From positions 124,001 to 188,000 of the forward strand of contig LSRY02000035.1 in NCBI GenBank assembly GCA_001643675.2: 64,000 nucleotides of DNA, in the 5' to 3' direction. Source of the DNA: Monocercomonoides exilis PA203. Taxonomy: Eukaryota; Protista; Preaxostyla. This document shows positions 36,875-50,656 of this stretch, piece by piece. Numbering within the stretch: position 1 is the stretch's first letter; each line of letters opens with the position of its first letter. The notes below the pieces were generated by a model that made no database searches, was not told where the DNA came from, and saw only the letters and a list, made by a program, of their open reading frames with translations. The position numbers were made by a program, and so were the translations under genes.

Positions 36875-37878
36875 AATCCGATTATTTTCTTCTGTTTTTG
36901 TCCCTGTGATGTCCCTATTATTGAATTGGTTATTGTACCGAATTTTTATGTATATATCGAGATTCATTAGAAGAGAGAGTTGTGAGGGAATTCATTGATC
37001 TTTGGGTGAGGTTTTTGGGAGGGAGAGTTGTTGAGAGTGCGAAATGATGTTTCATCATTGTGTCTGTCTTTTTTCTTTGTTGGATTTGTTCTTTTAGAGT
37101 CAAAGTTAGACAAATACCGGATGGAAAAGAGTGGATTGAAAACAGATGGAAAATAGACAAGTTAGTTTTTGAACTTTTTATATAAGTTTTCTTTTTTGTT
37201 TGGAATTGTATTTGATACCATGAATTTGTTGAAATAGTACTATTTCTTCTCATATCTTTTATTGTTCAAAATTGTTGACATTAAGTTGACATTTGGTGAT
37301 TGTTTTATGATTATGTAATAGAATTATGCTTTTTTGAAAGTTATTGAATCTGATTAGAAAATTTCTGACTATTTTTAATTTTTTATTATGATTAATATCA
37401 TGAAGTACTTTTTGTTTTTAATATCACTTTGGTTAATGAACGATTGTTATTTTTTTAACGCAATTTTTTTTCATTTAACTGATATTTTCTCCATTTCGAA
37501 AAAAACTCAAATTCGAATATGCAAGCATTTTCTCCTAGAAATCATTTTTATTTCTTCCATATTGCAAGATCAAATATAGAAAACCAACACACACAAAAAA
37601 AACATCATGTGTTTTTTCCGACAGATCAACAAAAAATATTTAACTAAAAAAAAGGATCTCAATAATCAGGATAACTTTTTAAAAACGAAAGAATTTGCAG
37701 AAATCGTTATTAACCTCATGAAACATTTCAACATCATATAAATATTGTCGCAATGCAATTAATAAGCATTTCTACAAATTGCAAATCAACATTAAAATCG
37801 AAATTTGGATTGGGATTATATTGAAGAAAAATGTTTGAAATTTTGTGTTGTTTTTTTATTTTCGAAATTATTCTATAT

Positions 37879-38117
37879 GGGTGATTCTTTTTGAAAAGTC
37901 ACAAATGTTTGATTTTCTAATACTTCAAATTTTTCATATTTTGCTCAAATTTCTGTTTCAGCTCACAAATCTCCTCAAGAATGTTTGAAATAGCATTTTC
38001 AAGAAATAGATTCCATATAAGAAAAGTTTGGTGTTCGCGGACAGAAATTTAATAAAAATATGAAACTTATATTTATTTGAAAATTAAACATTTGTGACTT
38101 TTCAAAAAGAATCACCC
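37879..38117. mobile_element. 239-bp MITE with GGG...CCC ends and ATAT target duplication
   Basis: GGGTGATTCTTTTTGAAAAGTCACAAATGTTT is perfectly inverted at the right end, with ATAT on both sides. The interior resembles family A. Confidence 0.88.
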
Positions 38118-38399
38118 ATATTTGTTAAAAATACTATAAAATTATTTTGAATACTTTTTCTCATTTCCTCTTCGAGATTCTTTCATTATTTTCATCCTGA
38201 ATCCTAAATTGGATTGCACTGTTTTCCGTATCTTTATGTGTGAAAGTGGTTTGTTTATTTCGTTGATGATTATTTCTACAAATAATTTTTCAATGATTTT
38301 TTTTGGCTGTTTATCTTTTTCGTTTTGTGATTTTTCGATTTCTAAATTAACTTATTCTTTTATAATCATTTTTTCATGAAAGAAAAACAATTGAATTCC

Positions 38400-39253
38400 T
38401 GTTATTATACAGATTATTACCAGAAGCGAATATTTGTTCAAAATGAAAAAAGTCACCAAAAATCATCTATTGTTCGAAAAATTTCGTTAAATGCAAGTGC
38501 AAATGAAGATTCTTATCAATAAGACACAATTCAATTCTTTCGAATTCGAAATTTTTGATTTCCACTTTATTTGAAAATCATATTGCTATGGTGGATTAAT
38601 GTTGGTGTTATGCTTTCATCCTTTTCACTGGAGCAAGCTGCAATACAATTTGCATTCTTTTCAATCTATTTCGTAAGGAAGCACATGAAATGATGAAAGG
38701 AAAAAATGGATGAATTGGAGGTAATAATTACACTGATCAAGTTGATGAAATGTTTCTCAGAAGAAGAAAATGTTGAAAAGGAAAATAAAAAAAACAAAAA
38801 AAAATTGTAGGTGGAATTAAATCAAATATTAGAAATCTGAAATCATTTTTTACTAAAGTGGACGATCGATCATCAATGTGCTTGATCGGAGTGTCAAGAA
38901 GGTATTTCCATGCTGGGACGACCGTGTGGAGCGATTAATAGAGGGGATACAGAAAAATTGGAAAAGAAGGATTCAAACATTTGACAGTAAATCATAAAAA
39001 ATGCTTTAAGGATAAAAAAACAAACTGTTGCACAAACGCAATTGAAGCCCATTGGAGTTGTCTTCTCCGTTTTCTGCCTTGCATATGTATCAAAGGCAAA
39101 GACATCTCTTTATATTTATCTTCTTTTTCATACAAAACAAGCACTCAACACAGATTTTGGGATTGTTGCACTTCATTTTCTAATCTGTTTTTGAAAAATA
39201 TCATCAAACAAACATTTAATTTAATAATACGATGTTTTTTTTTTATTTTTTGA
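38400..39253 (+). pseudogene. Degenerate Merlin/ISXO2 transposase
   Basis: IGG...QVDEMFLRRRK, GTTVWSD**RGY, HLTVNHKKCFKD..TNCCTNAIEAHW. The 5' boundary is approximate. Confidence 0.8.
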
Positions 39254-39859
39254 ATTATAGATATAATGCACGAACAAAGAAAAATGTGGAATGAATGATG
39301 AAAAAAATTCAATAAATTAAATGAGAAAATATATTGAAAGTCGACAGAAGATGAGAAATTTCAAAAACTAAATTGGATCATCAAATAGATCATTGTGTTT
39401 GAAAAGCAAAAAAAAGAGAAAGAATGAAAGAAAGAAAGAATGAATGAATGAAAGATAATAAAATTTTAAGATAAATTTTTAAAATAAAATTTAAATTTGT
39501 GATGTTTTTTGAACGTATTTCTCAAAAACATTTTTTCTCGATTAACTTGATTTACACTCTTAAAATTCCTGAATAAATAAAAAACATTTTCATCAATTTG
39601 AGTTCATCATTGAAATAAAAATATGATTCTTTGAATCATTTAATGCTAATCAAAAAATGAACAAAATTCATTATTATTTTTTCGTTAATGCAAAGTTTAT
39701 CTGCGGATTCAAATTTTTAAATGAAAGAGCCTGAAGTCACACATTTTGTGATATATTTGACTATTTATGTGTCACAAATCCGGGACAATGTATAATTTTC
39801 AGCTTTTTTTTTTCTTTTCGTTCATAAAACAAATTTAATTTTAAAAAATGAAACTATTT

Positions 39860-40099
39860 GTTTATGTTTTTTTGAAAAGTTCCTTTTGTTTAATTTTCAA
39901 ATAGTATAAAAATTTCATATTTCGATCAAATTTCTTCTCCTGCTCACCAAATTTCACTGTCATGATAACAAAATCTTGACAATGTCATCATTTTTATTTT
40001 GGTGCAGTTTCATGAGTGGGAACAGAAATTTGATCGAAATACGAATCTTTTTTTTTTTTTGTAAATTAAACAAAAGGAACTTTTCAAAAAAACTTAGAC
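39860..40099. mobile_element. 240-bp foldback MITE (family A) with ATTT target duplication
   Basis: Homologous to 825-1064 in the opposite orientation; ATTT at 39856-39859 and 40100-40103. Confidence 0.85.
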
Positions 40100-40186
40100 A
40101 TTTGGTTTTTATTGTGTGTTATTTTATAGTCATGAAGGAAACCGGCACATTTGTGCAAACACGCACACTCGGGTTTTGATGAAAGT

Positions 40187-41607
40187 GTTGTATGCTTATT
40201 ATACGGGAATGTGAATAATTGATAAAAACCAGGTTAAAACAAATGTCAAACAAATAATAATGAAATAATAGCAAACGATATTGATCGGAGTTAGTTCTGC
40301 GTCGAAATAAAAAATCACTAAGTTTTTGATCAATACATTAAATAATTCAATAAATGGTTTGTGATCTTCAATTTTCTAATTTGATTGCAGCTCCAGAAAG
40401 AGAGATATGCTCGACGAGTGAGTTATTAGACATATTTCACAGCGAAGATTTGACGTGGGATTGGTTTCACATGGTTTTTTCAAAGGCGAGGTTTTTGTGT
40501 GCAGGAAATACCGAAGACGGATGACAATCCAAATGAACGATAATAACTATAGATATTGGAACTGTTCTCACTGCAAAATCAAAAAATTAGTTTAAGAAGG
40601 GACTGAGTTTTCAAAAAGCAAAATAGGATTGGGAAAAACTCTTTGAACACTTTTGTTACAGTGGGTTGGAATTTCTATCAACAAAACTGCAGAATTGATT
40701 GGCATTTACCGCAATACAGTTGCATTTTGGGCAAGCGTTTTAAGGGAATTGTGCATGGAGATATGGAATTTGAAGCAAATACATATTTGAGGAAAAGAAA
40801 AGATAGTCGAAATCGATGAGGCTGTCCGGAGTCGAAGAAAATATAAAAGGGGAAGAAGAAAAGAGCAAATTTGGTTGTTTGGCGGAGTGGAACGGCTTGA
40901 CGGTGGAGGAGCAGGACCTCGATTTGTGATGATTTTCCCAACAGAACAAAAGAAACGCTCCTTCCAATTATTCTTGAATTCATTAAGCCTGAAACAACCA
41001 TCATGAGCGATGAGCGGAAGGCATACGAATGCTTAAATATGCATGGATATGAACACAGAACAGTGTACCACAAAAGGAATTTCGTTGACCAGGTTTAAAA
41101 AGCAAATAAAAAAACGATTTAAGATTTGTGGGGTTTGTTGCGAAAAGCATTCCTCCAGCATGGAGTTTGAAAATCTTTCATTGTGGATAACCTTGCCATG
41201 GTTTTTGTCAAAGCCTCGAAAGAATTTAATTGATTGGAAATTTTGGAATTTGTCAGTGAATACGAGATAGAAAATGAAAAACATGAGCAAGTGGAAAATG
41301 ATTCAGAAAATAGCGAAGAAGAATTGCCAACATTCGATGACATAATCAATAATGAAAACAGCGAAGTGGAAACATCGGACCTTTCACAAGAAGCAGAAAA
41401 AACTTCTGATTACGAACCCTTAAATTTTAAATATATATTTAGAAAATTTTTCCCATTATATATTCATTTTTAAAAGGTTTTTTCCCTCACGTCACACACT
41501 CATTTCAGATAAAAAAGAAATGCAAAAATCAACACTATTCCATATAAACAATTGCAATATACAAGAAATTTAGGAATTCCAGCATTCCCGTATTTTCAGC
41601 ATATACC
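40187..41607 (+). mobile_element. Complete but decayed Merlin element with TIRs and 8-bp TSD
   Basis: TIR cores TATGCT....ATACGGGAATG at both ends, with TSD ATGAAAGT/ATGTAAGT. Internal WNCSHC, VEIDEAV..RRKYKRGR, WLFGGVER, TIMSDERKAY, HRTVYH and an acidic tail. Confidence 0.88.
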
Positions 41608-43004
41608 ATGTAAGTTTATGCAATCAATATCAGATAATTGAATTTCATTCTTTTTTTTAAACATTTCTTGAAAAGAAAGGAACATTCTTTTCTTTTTTTT
41701 CATTTGATGATGTGTCAGCTTTTATCTCTTTGCTTGAGCTTTCCTTCTTCCAGCTCTCTCTTTTGTTTTCATTTTGAATTTTCAAACATATGAAATTTTG
41801 AAAACAAAATTTGTAATAAAAATAATGTTATTTATGTTGTTCAATTTGAAATCCACATGAAATGGAAAAAAGATAGATCAAAAGACAAAAAGCAAAAATC
41901 GAGTCAAAATCAATATCAAAGAATTAATATTATAGAGTTCAGTGCATTTTACATCCAAAAGCGCAATGTGAAATCTATTGAATAAAAAAGAGAACTGACA
42001 TTTTTTCAAAAATGTTCAATTTGCAAAGAGAATTGATTTTCCAAATCAAATGATACTGATTAAAAGAAATAAAGAAAAAATACATACAAAAAATATTGTT
42101 TTGAGTTGAATTTCTTCTTTATAGGAAGAACAAATTGAATTCGTTTTAATGGAATTCTTCAAAACAGAGAATGGTTGAAATCCCAAAAATTTTATATTTT
42201 CATCAAAATTGATCATTTTTTTCAAATTCGTAAGGTTTTATTGGGGGCTCTTCTGGCCACGTTGATTGTTCGAACACACAAATGTTTTCCATGTTATTTT
42301 CAATTTTCAAATGAGTTCAATGCTTGATAAAATTCTTTTTATAACAATTGTTTTTCATTTGAATTTTCGGAACTCAAACAGAATAATGGAAAAAGCGAGA
42401 AATCAAATAATGAGGAGATTGTGTATTCAACACAAAAAATTGGAAATTAGATTTGAGAACGAAGCAATATTAGTTCAGAATTGGAAATGCATTAATAGCA
42501 AAAATAAATTGATGAAATTTTTGGTTCGCAGTCTTTTAATTTTGATATCACAAAATTTGATGAAGTTGACACTCAAAAGAGAATTGAAAGTGTAATTTAT
42601 AATTCTTTTTTTTCAAATTTTTAACTTGAAATCTTTCAAAATTTTCTTTTTTAATAAAGTGAGTATTATTTCGTGTTATTTTTGTGAATATGCTTGCTCA
42701 AACTGAATTTGATTCTAATTCTTATTTCTCGCTCATGAAAACGATAAACTTCTGTAAAATCATTGTAGTTTGCGATTTTTTTTTAAGTGTGTGTGTGTTT
42801 GCGTTGTGAAGTTCCACTTTCTTATTAAAATATGTATTGTTTATTGTCTCGTGACTATTTTCTTTGTTAAAAATTTGTGGTGATAATATATTTGTTGTGA
42901 AATATCAAATATTGTTTTTTCCTATTATTATTATATATGAATATCTCAAGTTTTTCTTTTTATCATTTTTCTTCTTCGTCATCATCAGAGTCAGAAAATA
43001 TAAC

Positions 43005-45261
43005 TTACTGCTCAGAATATTTGTTTGTCATTGTTTTTACAGATCTTGTGGAGAATAATTTTGGTTTGATTCTATTGATTGTTGTTTCACCAATTTCTTC
43101 GTTGATTTCTTCATCATTATATAACTTTTCGTAATCTTGCTCGCTGTCGTCTCTTATTCTCTTTTTCATTATTTTGGATTTTCTCAAATCTGATTTTGAT
43201 TTTTTTTTTTTGCTTGTAGGGTGGAATCGAGACTGGAGGAAAGGTCAGATTCAAAGCTTTCACATTCAGAATAACTATCTTTATCACAACTCGGATAATG
43301 TTCGAAAGCATGATCTCTTTTGTTTCTTGATCTTCTAAATAGGGGCACATCCAATATATTGTCCTCTCCTTCCTAAGAATTGGAAGGTTCTGTAACTTCT
43401 TCGATGATATTTGAATCTTCGATTAATTTTTCTTGAACTAGCGATTGACCATTCTTTTGTTGTGAATGTTTTGACATAACAAATTCCAATATTTGTTCAT
43501 TTTTTTCGCTGTCTGTATCAAAGCTCACTCCACATGGATTTGTGATTTCGGTTTGTGATGTGGCTTTTTTATTTAATGTTGGCAATTCTTTTTTTTGTTT
43601 CATGTTTCTCCCAGTTCTCAAGAAAGTCGTCGTTTGCTCTGCATTGACCTGAAGTTGACCAAAGAAATGTCTTTTTTGCAGGTTTCACCTCTGGAGGTCA
43701 AGAATCGATGGTCTGATCTAGAACGTGCTTAATTGTGGAGGATGTTATTCCAGCTTCGAAAAAATTATTTCTTTTCGTTTTCGGGGCTAAAGCAATGCAT
43801 GCACAATCTGCAATAGCTCGAACAAAAGGTAAGAATTCGCTTTTCATTCTTCTTATTGATGGTTCGTTTCTGACTTTTTTGAGTTGGCATTTAAGAACAG
43901 CGTTTGGTCAAAGGTCAAGAAGCTGTAAATGTGAGATGTGTGTGCAGGAATAACTACAGCGTCCACATTTTCAGCTGCAAATCGCTTCCAAAGTTGAAGA
44001 TTCTGTCTGGATGAATGGCCGTCCAAAATAAAAAGAGCCGGTGGGATAGATTCAGTTTCTTCATCGGTGTTTGACTCATCTTTTGAAACATATACAGGTT
44101 CTTTTTATTGCGGCTTGCTCATCGCGGTTTCTTCTTTCAGCCACCAGTTGTACATGTCTTCGTTCTCATCATCCAATAAAAGGTTGAAGAGCATGTCGAT
44201 TCTTCTAAAGAAGAAGATGTATGAAAAAAATATGAACAGCTTTTTCCTTCGCTATCGAGTTGCTTATCGTAATGCTGAGAACTTTGCAAATGTGCTGAGT
44301 TGAAACTGCACCCAGACTGTTTATATACAGAAAAATCATGTTGAATCTTTGTTGATAAATCTTCTGATAATAAATATGATGATTCAATAATGCCGCTTCC
44401 GCTATTCATCAAATCTTTTGATCTCATTTCTGATTCATCAACTCTTGTTGTTGAATCGGGTTCGTGGTCATTTGAGATTTTTTCTTTGCTCAAATAATTT
44501 GGGTTGATTTTTGATCATGTGTTACAACAAAGTTTGAATTGCTTAATATTTCTTTTTGAGTGTTTAATTCTTTGGTAATCGCTTTCTTTGTGTATGTTTT
44601 TTGTTCACTTTCATCTTTTCTTTCCATCGTAGTTTTCTTTTTCTCAAATTTTGTTCTTGCAATTCTTGAGAGCATCTGTTAATTCTTGTCACTTTTTCTC
44701 GTTGTTTTTGAATACATGGTATGACATTCGTAAGCATTATTTCTTCAAATAATACTTTCGTCATCCACACTTTTTTGACGTGTGTTATGAAATTGTCATC
44801 ACTCCACTGTTCTTTGATTTCTTTTTCATATTTACAAGGCAATAGGAGATGAGTCGGAAGATGGCATCCATCTGCTCCAACAATAAAAAGAAGAGTGAGA
44901 TGATGAAGAGGAGGTATTTTCAAAGAAGGGATGAATGTGCATTTGTTTGAAACCACTCTTAAGTTTTCTCTTTTGTCTGATGATTGACAGCTGGTTTCAT
45001 CCAACGAAATAATCAAGGAAGGATGATACTTTTTTTGCTTCATAAATCCACGCAAATGCATAAAAAACGAAACGATATTACTTTTCAAAGATGCAAGAGT
45101 CGAGCATGGTCCAATTTTATTGGGTGAACTGTTTTAAGCTGTTTGTGTCTTTCAAGAAAGCTGTACACCCATCGAATACTTGGCATCTCAATATATATAG
45201 CGGGTTTTTCTGAACGTTGTATTCGAATTCTCCTTGCCAAAAAAAATTAAAAAAATAAAAA

Positions 45262-45318
<57 letters not shown>

Positions 45319-45537
45319 AAAATAAAAAGAGAAAAGATAAAGAAAAAGAAAAAGAAAAAAACTGATGAAAAAATAAAAAAAAAACTTTTTCAAACTGTTT
45401 TTGGAATATCTTTTTTTTTAGGCTGAGTGACAACATTGTTTCAATTGACAAGTATTTTTTCTAATCTTTTTTCTTTTTCTTTAGATAAATATCTAGGCCT
45501 TCCATTTTTTTCCTGCGAATTCACCTTTTGATTTCAT
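43005..45537 (-). pseudogene. pogo-like DDE_1 transposase with a long insert between catalytic aspartates
   Basis: GKNGRPRYL, IISLDETS, LTLLFIVGADG, WMT..LF, ILDGHSSR, IPAHTSHLQLLD. A poly-T intron lies near 45235-45385. Several stops are present. Confidence 0.82.
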
Positions 45538-46019
45538 CCGAAGTGCTCTTTGAATACAATAATAATTATTTCGTAATTTTTATTAATGTTTTTCTTATCT
45601 TATTTCATTTTTTCCATTTGTAAAAATCAAAAAAAGAGATGGAAATTTGTTTTTCGTATTATTGAGTGAATAAATATGGGATAAACAACCATTACAATTC
45701 GAAAAAACTCATTTAAATTGATATTTCGTGTCAATATAAAAAATATCAAAATTTATTGATAAGAATGATTTTGTGATTGCTTTTTCTTTTGGATCAACAA
45801 CAGTGTGCATGTTTGTGCAAAAGTGTGGGTTTATGCACACACCATTAAATAAGGAGCAAATTTTAAAGTCGAAATTCAAAACGGTTAAAAAAACTTTTTT
45901 GAAAAAAAAAGGTGAACATCTTTATCAACGCATACACATGGTAAAGACGAAATGAACATTTTCCCATTGAAATAAGGCTTTGTCGGATCCATTATATTTT
46001 CCGAAACTTTTGCCCATTC

Positions 46020-47124
46020 TGGCTATTTCTCATGCACTTTTGATAACACAATCTCTGGATTGAATGGTCATTTTCCTGAATCTCTGAATGAAGCTTTAAT
46101 AGTTGAAGGCTTGAATGCTGAGTGGAATGAATTAACATATTTGTTGATGAATGATTTTCTTTTTTCACCAGCAGAAGGATCTGGTGTTTCATTATTAATT
46201 GATCTCAACGAATTCAAAAATGCAGCATTGACATACAGATCCAATGGCTGAATAAGAAGCGAAGTGTGATATGGCGGAAAGCATAAATCTGTATTATGAA
46301 CGTTCGCATACTGTATAACATGAGTGGATAGATGTGCTGTAAGAGAATTCATAAACAGCAAACAGTGCATGTTCTTTTCATTAATATAAATTCTACTGTG
46401 AATAATGGAGGTTATAATTACTCTGTCAAATACCATCTGAAAGTTTTCTTTCGTCATTGTGCAAGTTTCATCCTTTACAAATCTCAACAGGGGCTTGCTT
46501 GCTTTTTGAAATTCGATGGAAAGTTTTTTGGCTTTGATTTTTGTTATATTAGGGCACCTCACATCATTTGCTGATATGAGAAGGAGTGAAAATTTAGAAT
46601 ATGGCTATATTGGTTCTGGAACAAATTACCACTGGGAATCCAAAACATTTGCAACTTTCACTGGTCTAGCATCCGAGGCAAATAAATAAATATCATAAAG
46701 ATTAAAAATCAATTCAGGCAAATAGCCGAACTCATCAAACAAGGATTTTCATTTTGCAAACCATGCAGCAAGACATTCTTTCGTTGAATAAGCTGCTCTT
46801 GTTGTTGGAAGCTGAACAGGATGAACGAAAAATATATAGGATAGATTGCATAAAAATCTGTATGGCCATGTTCTAGAAATATGAACATCATCCACAGGTT
46901 TTCCTGAACTTTCAGAAATTGTGCATTGAGCCTGAAAAGCTATGCAAGATAAATTTCAAAAATTTTAACTTCAAAATACTTCTAACCATTTGTCGAACTT
47001 GTTTGTCACAAGGATACTCTCCTTGTTCTATTTCCTCCTTCTCTGACTCCTTCACTACAAATGTGTTCTATTTGTTCAAAAAAGGCGGTCTTCCAGCAGA
47101 ACATATATCTCTTCCTTTTTCCAT
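46020..47124 (-). pseudogene. Third, more decayed pogo-like DDE_1 transposase
   Basis: SAGRPPFL, LLFMNSLTAH (decayed LDxHxAH), FPPYHTSLLIQPLDLYVNAAF, TIKASFRDSG. Confidence 0.75.
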
Positions 47125-48559
47125 GGCTGAAAGTGTTCTTTTGAAACTGCTTTTAATAATTATTCCTGAGTTGAATAATTCTTTATTGTTATCACTTTTT
47201 TTTCGACAAGATCAATTGCTTTCTTCATTATTTCCTCTCTATTGCCCTTTTATTCTATAAACATAATTGTAATCACATCAGTGTTGATGCATTTCATTTC
47301 ATTTTCATCATTCAAATCATGATCATCTTTCATCAAAATTAATTCATCTTCATTAATTTTTTCGTTTCTCTTATTTATTGAGCATCTGGGGATTATCAAT
47401 TTGATGCAATAATGGCTTTTGATTCATTCTCCCTTAATAATAATGATATTTTCACAAAATCATTGAGATCGGTTAAAGTCTGCATATATCGAAAAATGAA
47501 TAAGCAAGGAGATGTGTTAATAAAGTGTTTTTTCAACAAAAAATAATATTAGAAAAGTTTGGCTCTTTTTTTAAAAATAAAAGCAATGATTGATAGATTT
47601 CAAATTTGACAATAAATGTCAAAAATCAAATAAAAGTTATTCAAAAAATCAAAAGATATATCGATAGAAAACGTTTCAAACATTACTTGTTATTTTTTTG
47701 TCTGATTGTCATTTTTCTTTTAACATTCAATTTATAAAATATGCAATGCATGTGAATAATACAAGATAAGCAAAAATGTGACAAAAAAGTTTGTTTAAAA
47801 ACAATAGACACAAACACCTTTAAATAATGTATATTTTCTTTTCATTTTTTTTTTTTGTTCAAAATTTGTCTATTCAATTATATTTCAATTAAAATTATTG
47901 TCAAGATGTTCGACGATTATTAAGCGTATAAAATTATCACGAATATTCTGACAAAACTTTTTTAATAAACAAATGGTTTTTTAAATGCAAAATTAAAATA
48001 TAAATTTGAAACAATTAATGTTTATTCTCGCAGAATAATTAAAAGAAACATTCAAACTTTCATATATTACTGGTTATTTTATTTTATAACTCATGTAAAT
48101 TGTTTGTCCGTTTAAAAATTTGAAAAATTATAAATAATGTAAACAACATTATCACAAAATAAATTCAAACAAGATTTGTGTTTCAACATTTTCAATCACT
48201 CGTTTAAATATCGAAAAAAACCTTTTATCAATTGTATTTAACAGAATAGCTTCCATCCGAAGTCGAAAATTAGTGCAAAATTAGATTAAGGAAATACCAA
48301 AAATAGAAAATCATTTCATTTGAATAGAGCTATGAAAGCAACAACAAACCGATTTCATCTCGCTTTCATAGGTTCAACAGGATGATATTTACACAAGTGA
48401 AAAGTTTTCTCCTTTTTTTCCACAAAAACGTTTAATTACACTTTATTCGATTATTGAAACATTATAGAAAAAAATTTGTCCCACATTTCCTGGATTTATG
48501 ATACACCAATGAGTTTGTTAAAGTAATTTTTCTTTGATTGTGAAACTTGTGAATGCAAT

Positions 48560-49369
48560 CATCATTGAGATATTATTTTGAAAGAAAGGAATTGTTCATA
48601 TTTAGATCAGCCATTGAGATCTGATAATAAGTACAACTGCTCAAATAGTTATTCATAACTTTTGTGGTGGACAATCAATAACCGAAAAAGAAGGAACATC
48701 TATAGAAAACGCATTTCCGTGTATGAGAGAATTGATGTATTTTTTTTTTGTTTTGGTGGATATCCATTGATCAACTTCAGTGTTTTCAACTTTGTGGAGC
48801 TTCTGTTTAGAATATTCGTGATTAATATAGAATTTATTGAAAAGTTTGTGAATATCATTTTCAAAAGCATCAGTTAATGAGAAGTGGTGTCTGAAAGATT
48901 GTTGAAGTGGTCGAAGCAATATGAAGAAGTCGCATATATTGAAAAAGAAGAAGCAGGGTTTGATTGCGTTCATTTAGTATTATTAAAAAAAAGCACTGTA
49001 AAAGAAATATGAAAAATTCTTTTATTTCACGTGTGACAAAAGTTGGAGAAATTTTTTTTCCATTTTTAAAAAACCTGTGTTCATGCCAGAACAGAAATTA
49101 ATTCCAACGAGTGGAAACAGTATTCCACGATCTCTCATATGAAAGATTTCTTCTCTATTCAAATCAATGAGGACGAAGAATCAGAAAGTGAAACAGAAGA
49201 AGATTTAACAATGGAGAAAGATGAAGATGAAAAAAAAGGTTATCAAGATTTTTGTGATGATGATGTTTCGAAATTTGAATTCGAAAATGGCATAGAGGAT
49301 AATATCAATCCATTTGGAGCTGGAGATGGAAGTGACACATCATCCTTTAAGTATAATGAACATTTATAA
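48560..49369 (+). pseudogene. Internally deleted Merlin/ISXO2 transposase remnant
   Basis: FWWISIDQ and KIVEVVEAI*RSRIY*KRR resemble FWLKIRIDQ and VVEIDEAILRKRKFHK. The acidic tail ends NPFGAGDGSD as in other copies, and the catalytic middle is absent. Confidence 0.6.
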
Positions 49370-49584
49370 AATAATCTTTTTCGCAATCAAATTACTTTTT
49401 CATAAATAATAGACAACAAAATTTTTTATTGAATTTTCAGAGAAAATATTACTTAATGAAAAAAGGATTTCTTTTTTTTTTCGAACTTAAATTTGTTAAG
49501 TGTATCATTTCGAAAATGATTTATTATTATAATTTTTGGTAAATTATTATTGTATTAACTATTTGTAATCATTTGTTCATAAAT

Positions 49585-50180
49585 GTCTATATGGGTAATT
49601 ATTTTTGTAATCATAATTATTTTCGGAGTGTTGATTTTTCAAATGTTGTTTGCCATTGAATAGAGATTTTTTTATTCAAATGCGAAATTTTTCGCAACTG
49701 TTTCAAAAATGAATGTTGTTGCTGAAATGAAAAAGAAGATGTTTTGAATAAGCCGTTATATTTTTTTGTGTTTTTTTTTAATATTCAAAGAAAATTCTCA
49801 AGCAAAAATTGTTGATTGATAAAATATGATTTCAGAAATTATCACCCAAATTATTTCAAAAGTTCCTATTGTTTGATTTTCGGGCTTAAATGAAAATCCA
49901 ATATTTGGATAATCATTTTTGAAATCATATATCTTCAGTGAAAATTGTCGGATCGAAAAAATTCTTATTTATTTGTTGAAAATGAACAATTAATAATACC
50001 AACGTAAAACAAAGACGCCACTATTTTTCTTTCATATTAAACAACTGGTTTTCAAACAATAAAACACCATTCAATATTTGAATGAAAAATATTTAGCTAT
50101 TAACAAATAAACTTGAGAAACTCAGAACCCGAAAAAAGTTATGATTTCAAAAATAATGACTCAATTTCATCAAATTTGCA
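49585..50180. mobile_element. MITE nest: two family-B copies (49593-49847, 49907-50162) inserted in a family-A arm
   Basis: GGGTAATTATTTTTG...ATCACCC and GGATAATCATTTTTG...AATGACTC. Between them lies the family-A arm AAAAGTTCCTATTGTTTGATTTTC, which resumes as TTTCATCAAATTT after 50162. Confidence 0.72.
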
Positions 50181-50656
50181 TTTCAACACAAGATACTTCA
50201 CAGGCTTGTGAATAAATGCTTGGAAATGTTTCAAATGGTCTTTTGATCAAAAAAATGAAAGTATAGAAAAATAATTAAATAAATAAAAAAAATTAATATC
50301 ACTCTTCGATGTCAAATGTTGTCACTCTTTTGTTATTGAAAAAAAAGTATTCAAAAGCAAAATACAAGCAGCAAAAGAAAAGAAAGCTATTCTCGCGAGC
50401 AATGAAGATGAAAATTTCGTTGAATGTGTGTTGAAATGATTTAAATCTCAAAACAAAAAAATTTCTTTTAAAAAAAAAAATTATTAATACATATATCTTC
50501 AAAAAACATATAAAAAAAGAAACATATTCAATGTCTGGATTTTAATAAATCACGATTTGTGACTTCCATGTGGCCCAATGGCAGGACGTCGTCAATAACA
50601 TCAGTAACAGAAATAATTGCTAGTTCATAAAAAGAACTAAATATCAAGGATTCCTA

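Larger units (their letters stand above)
40139..45832 (-). mobile_element. Putative full-length pogo-like element bounded by degenerate ~30 bp inverted repeats, with a nested Merlin
   Basis: AACCGGCACATTTGTGCAAACACGCACACT (40140-40169) versus the reverse complement of 45802-45831 (AACCCACACTTTTGCACAAACATGCACACT). These enclose a DDE_1 gene. No clear TSD was seen. Confidence 0.5.
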
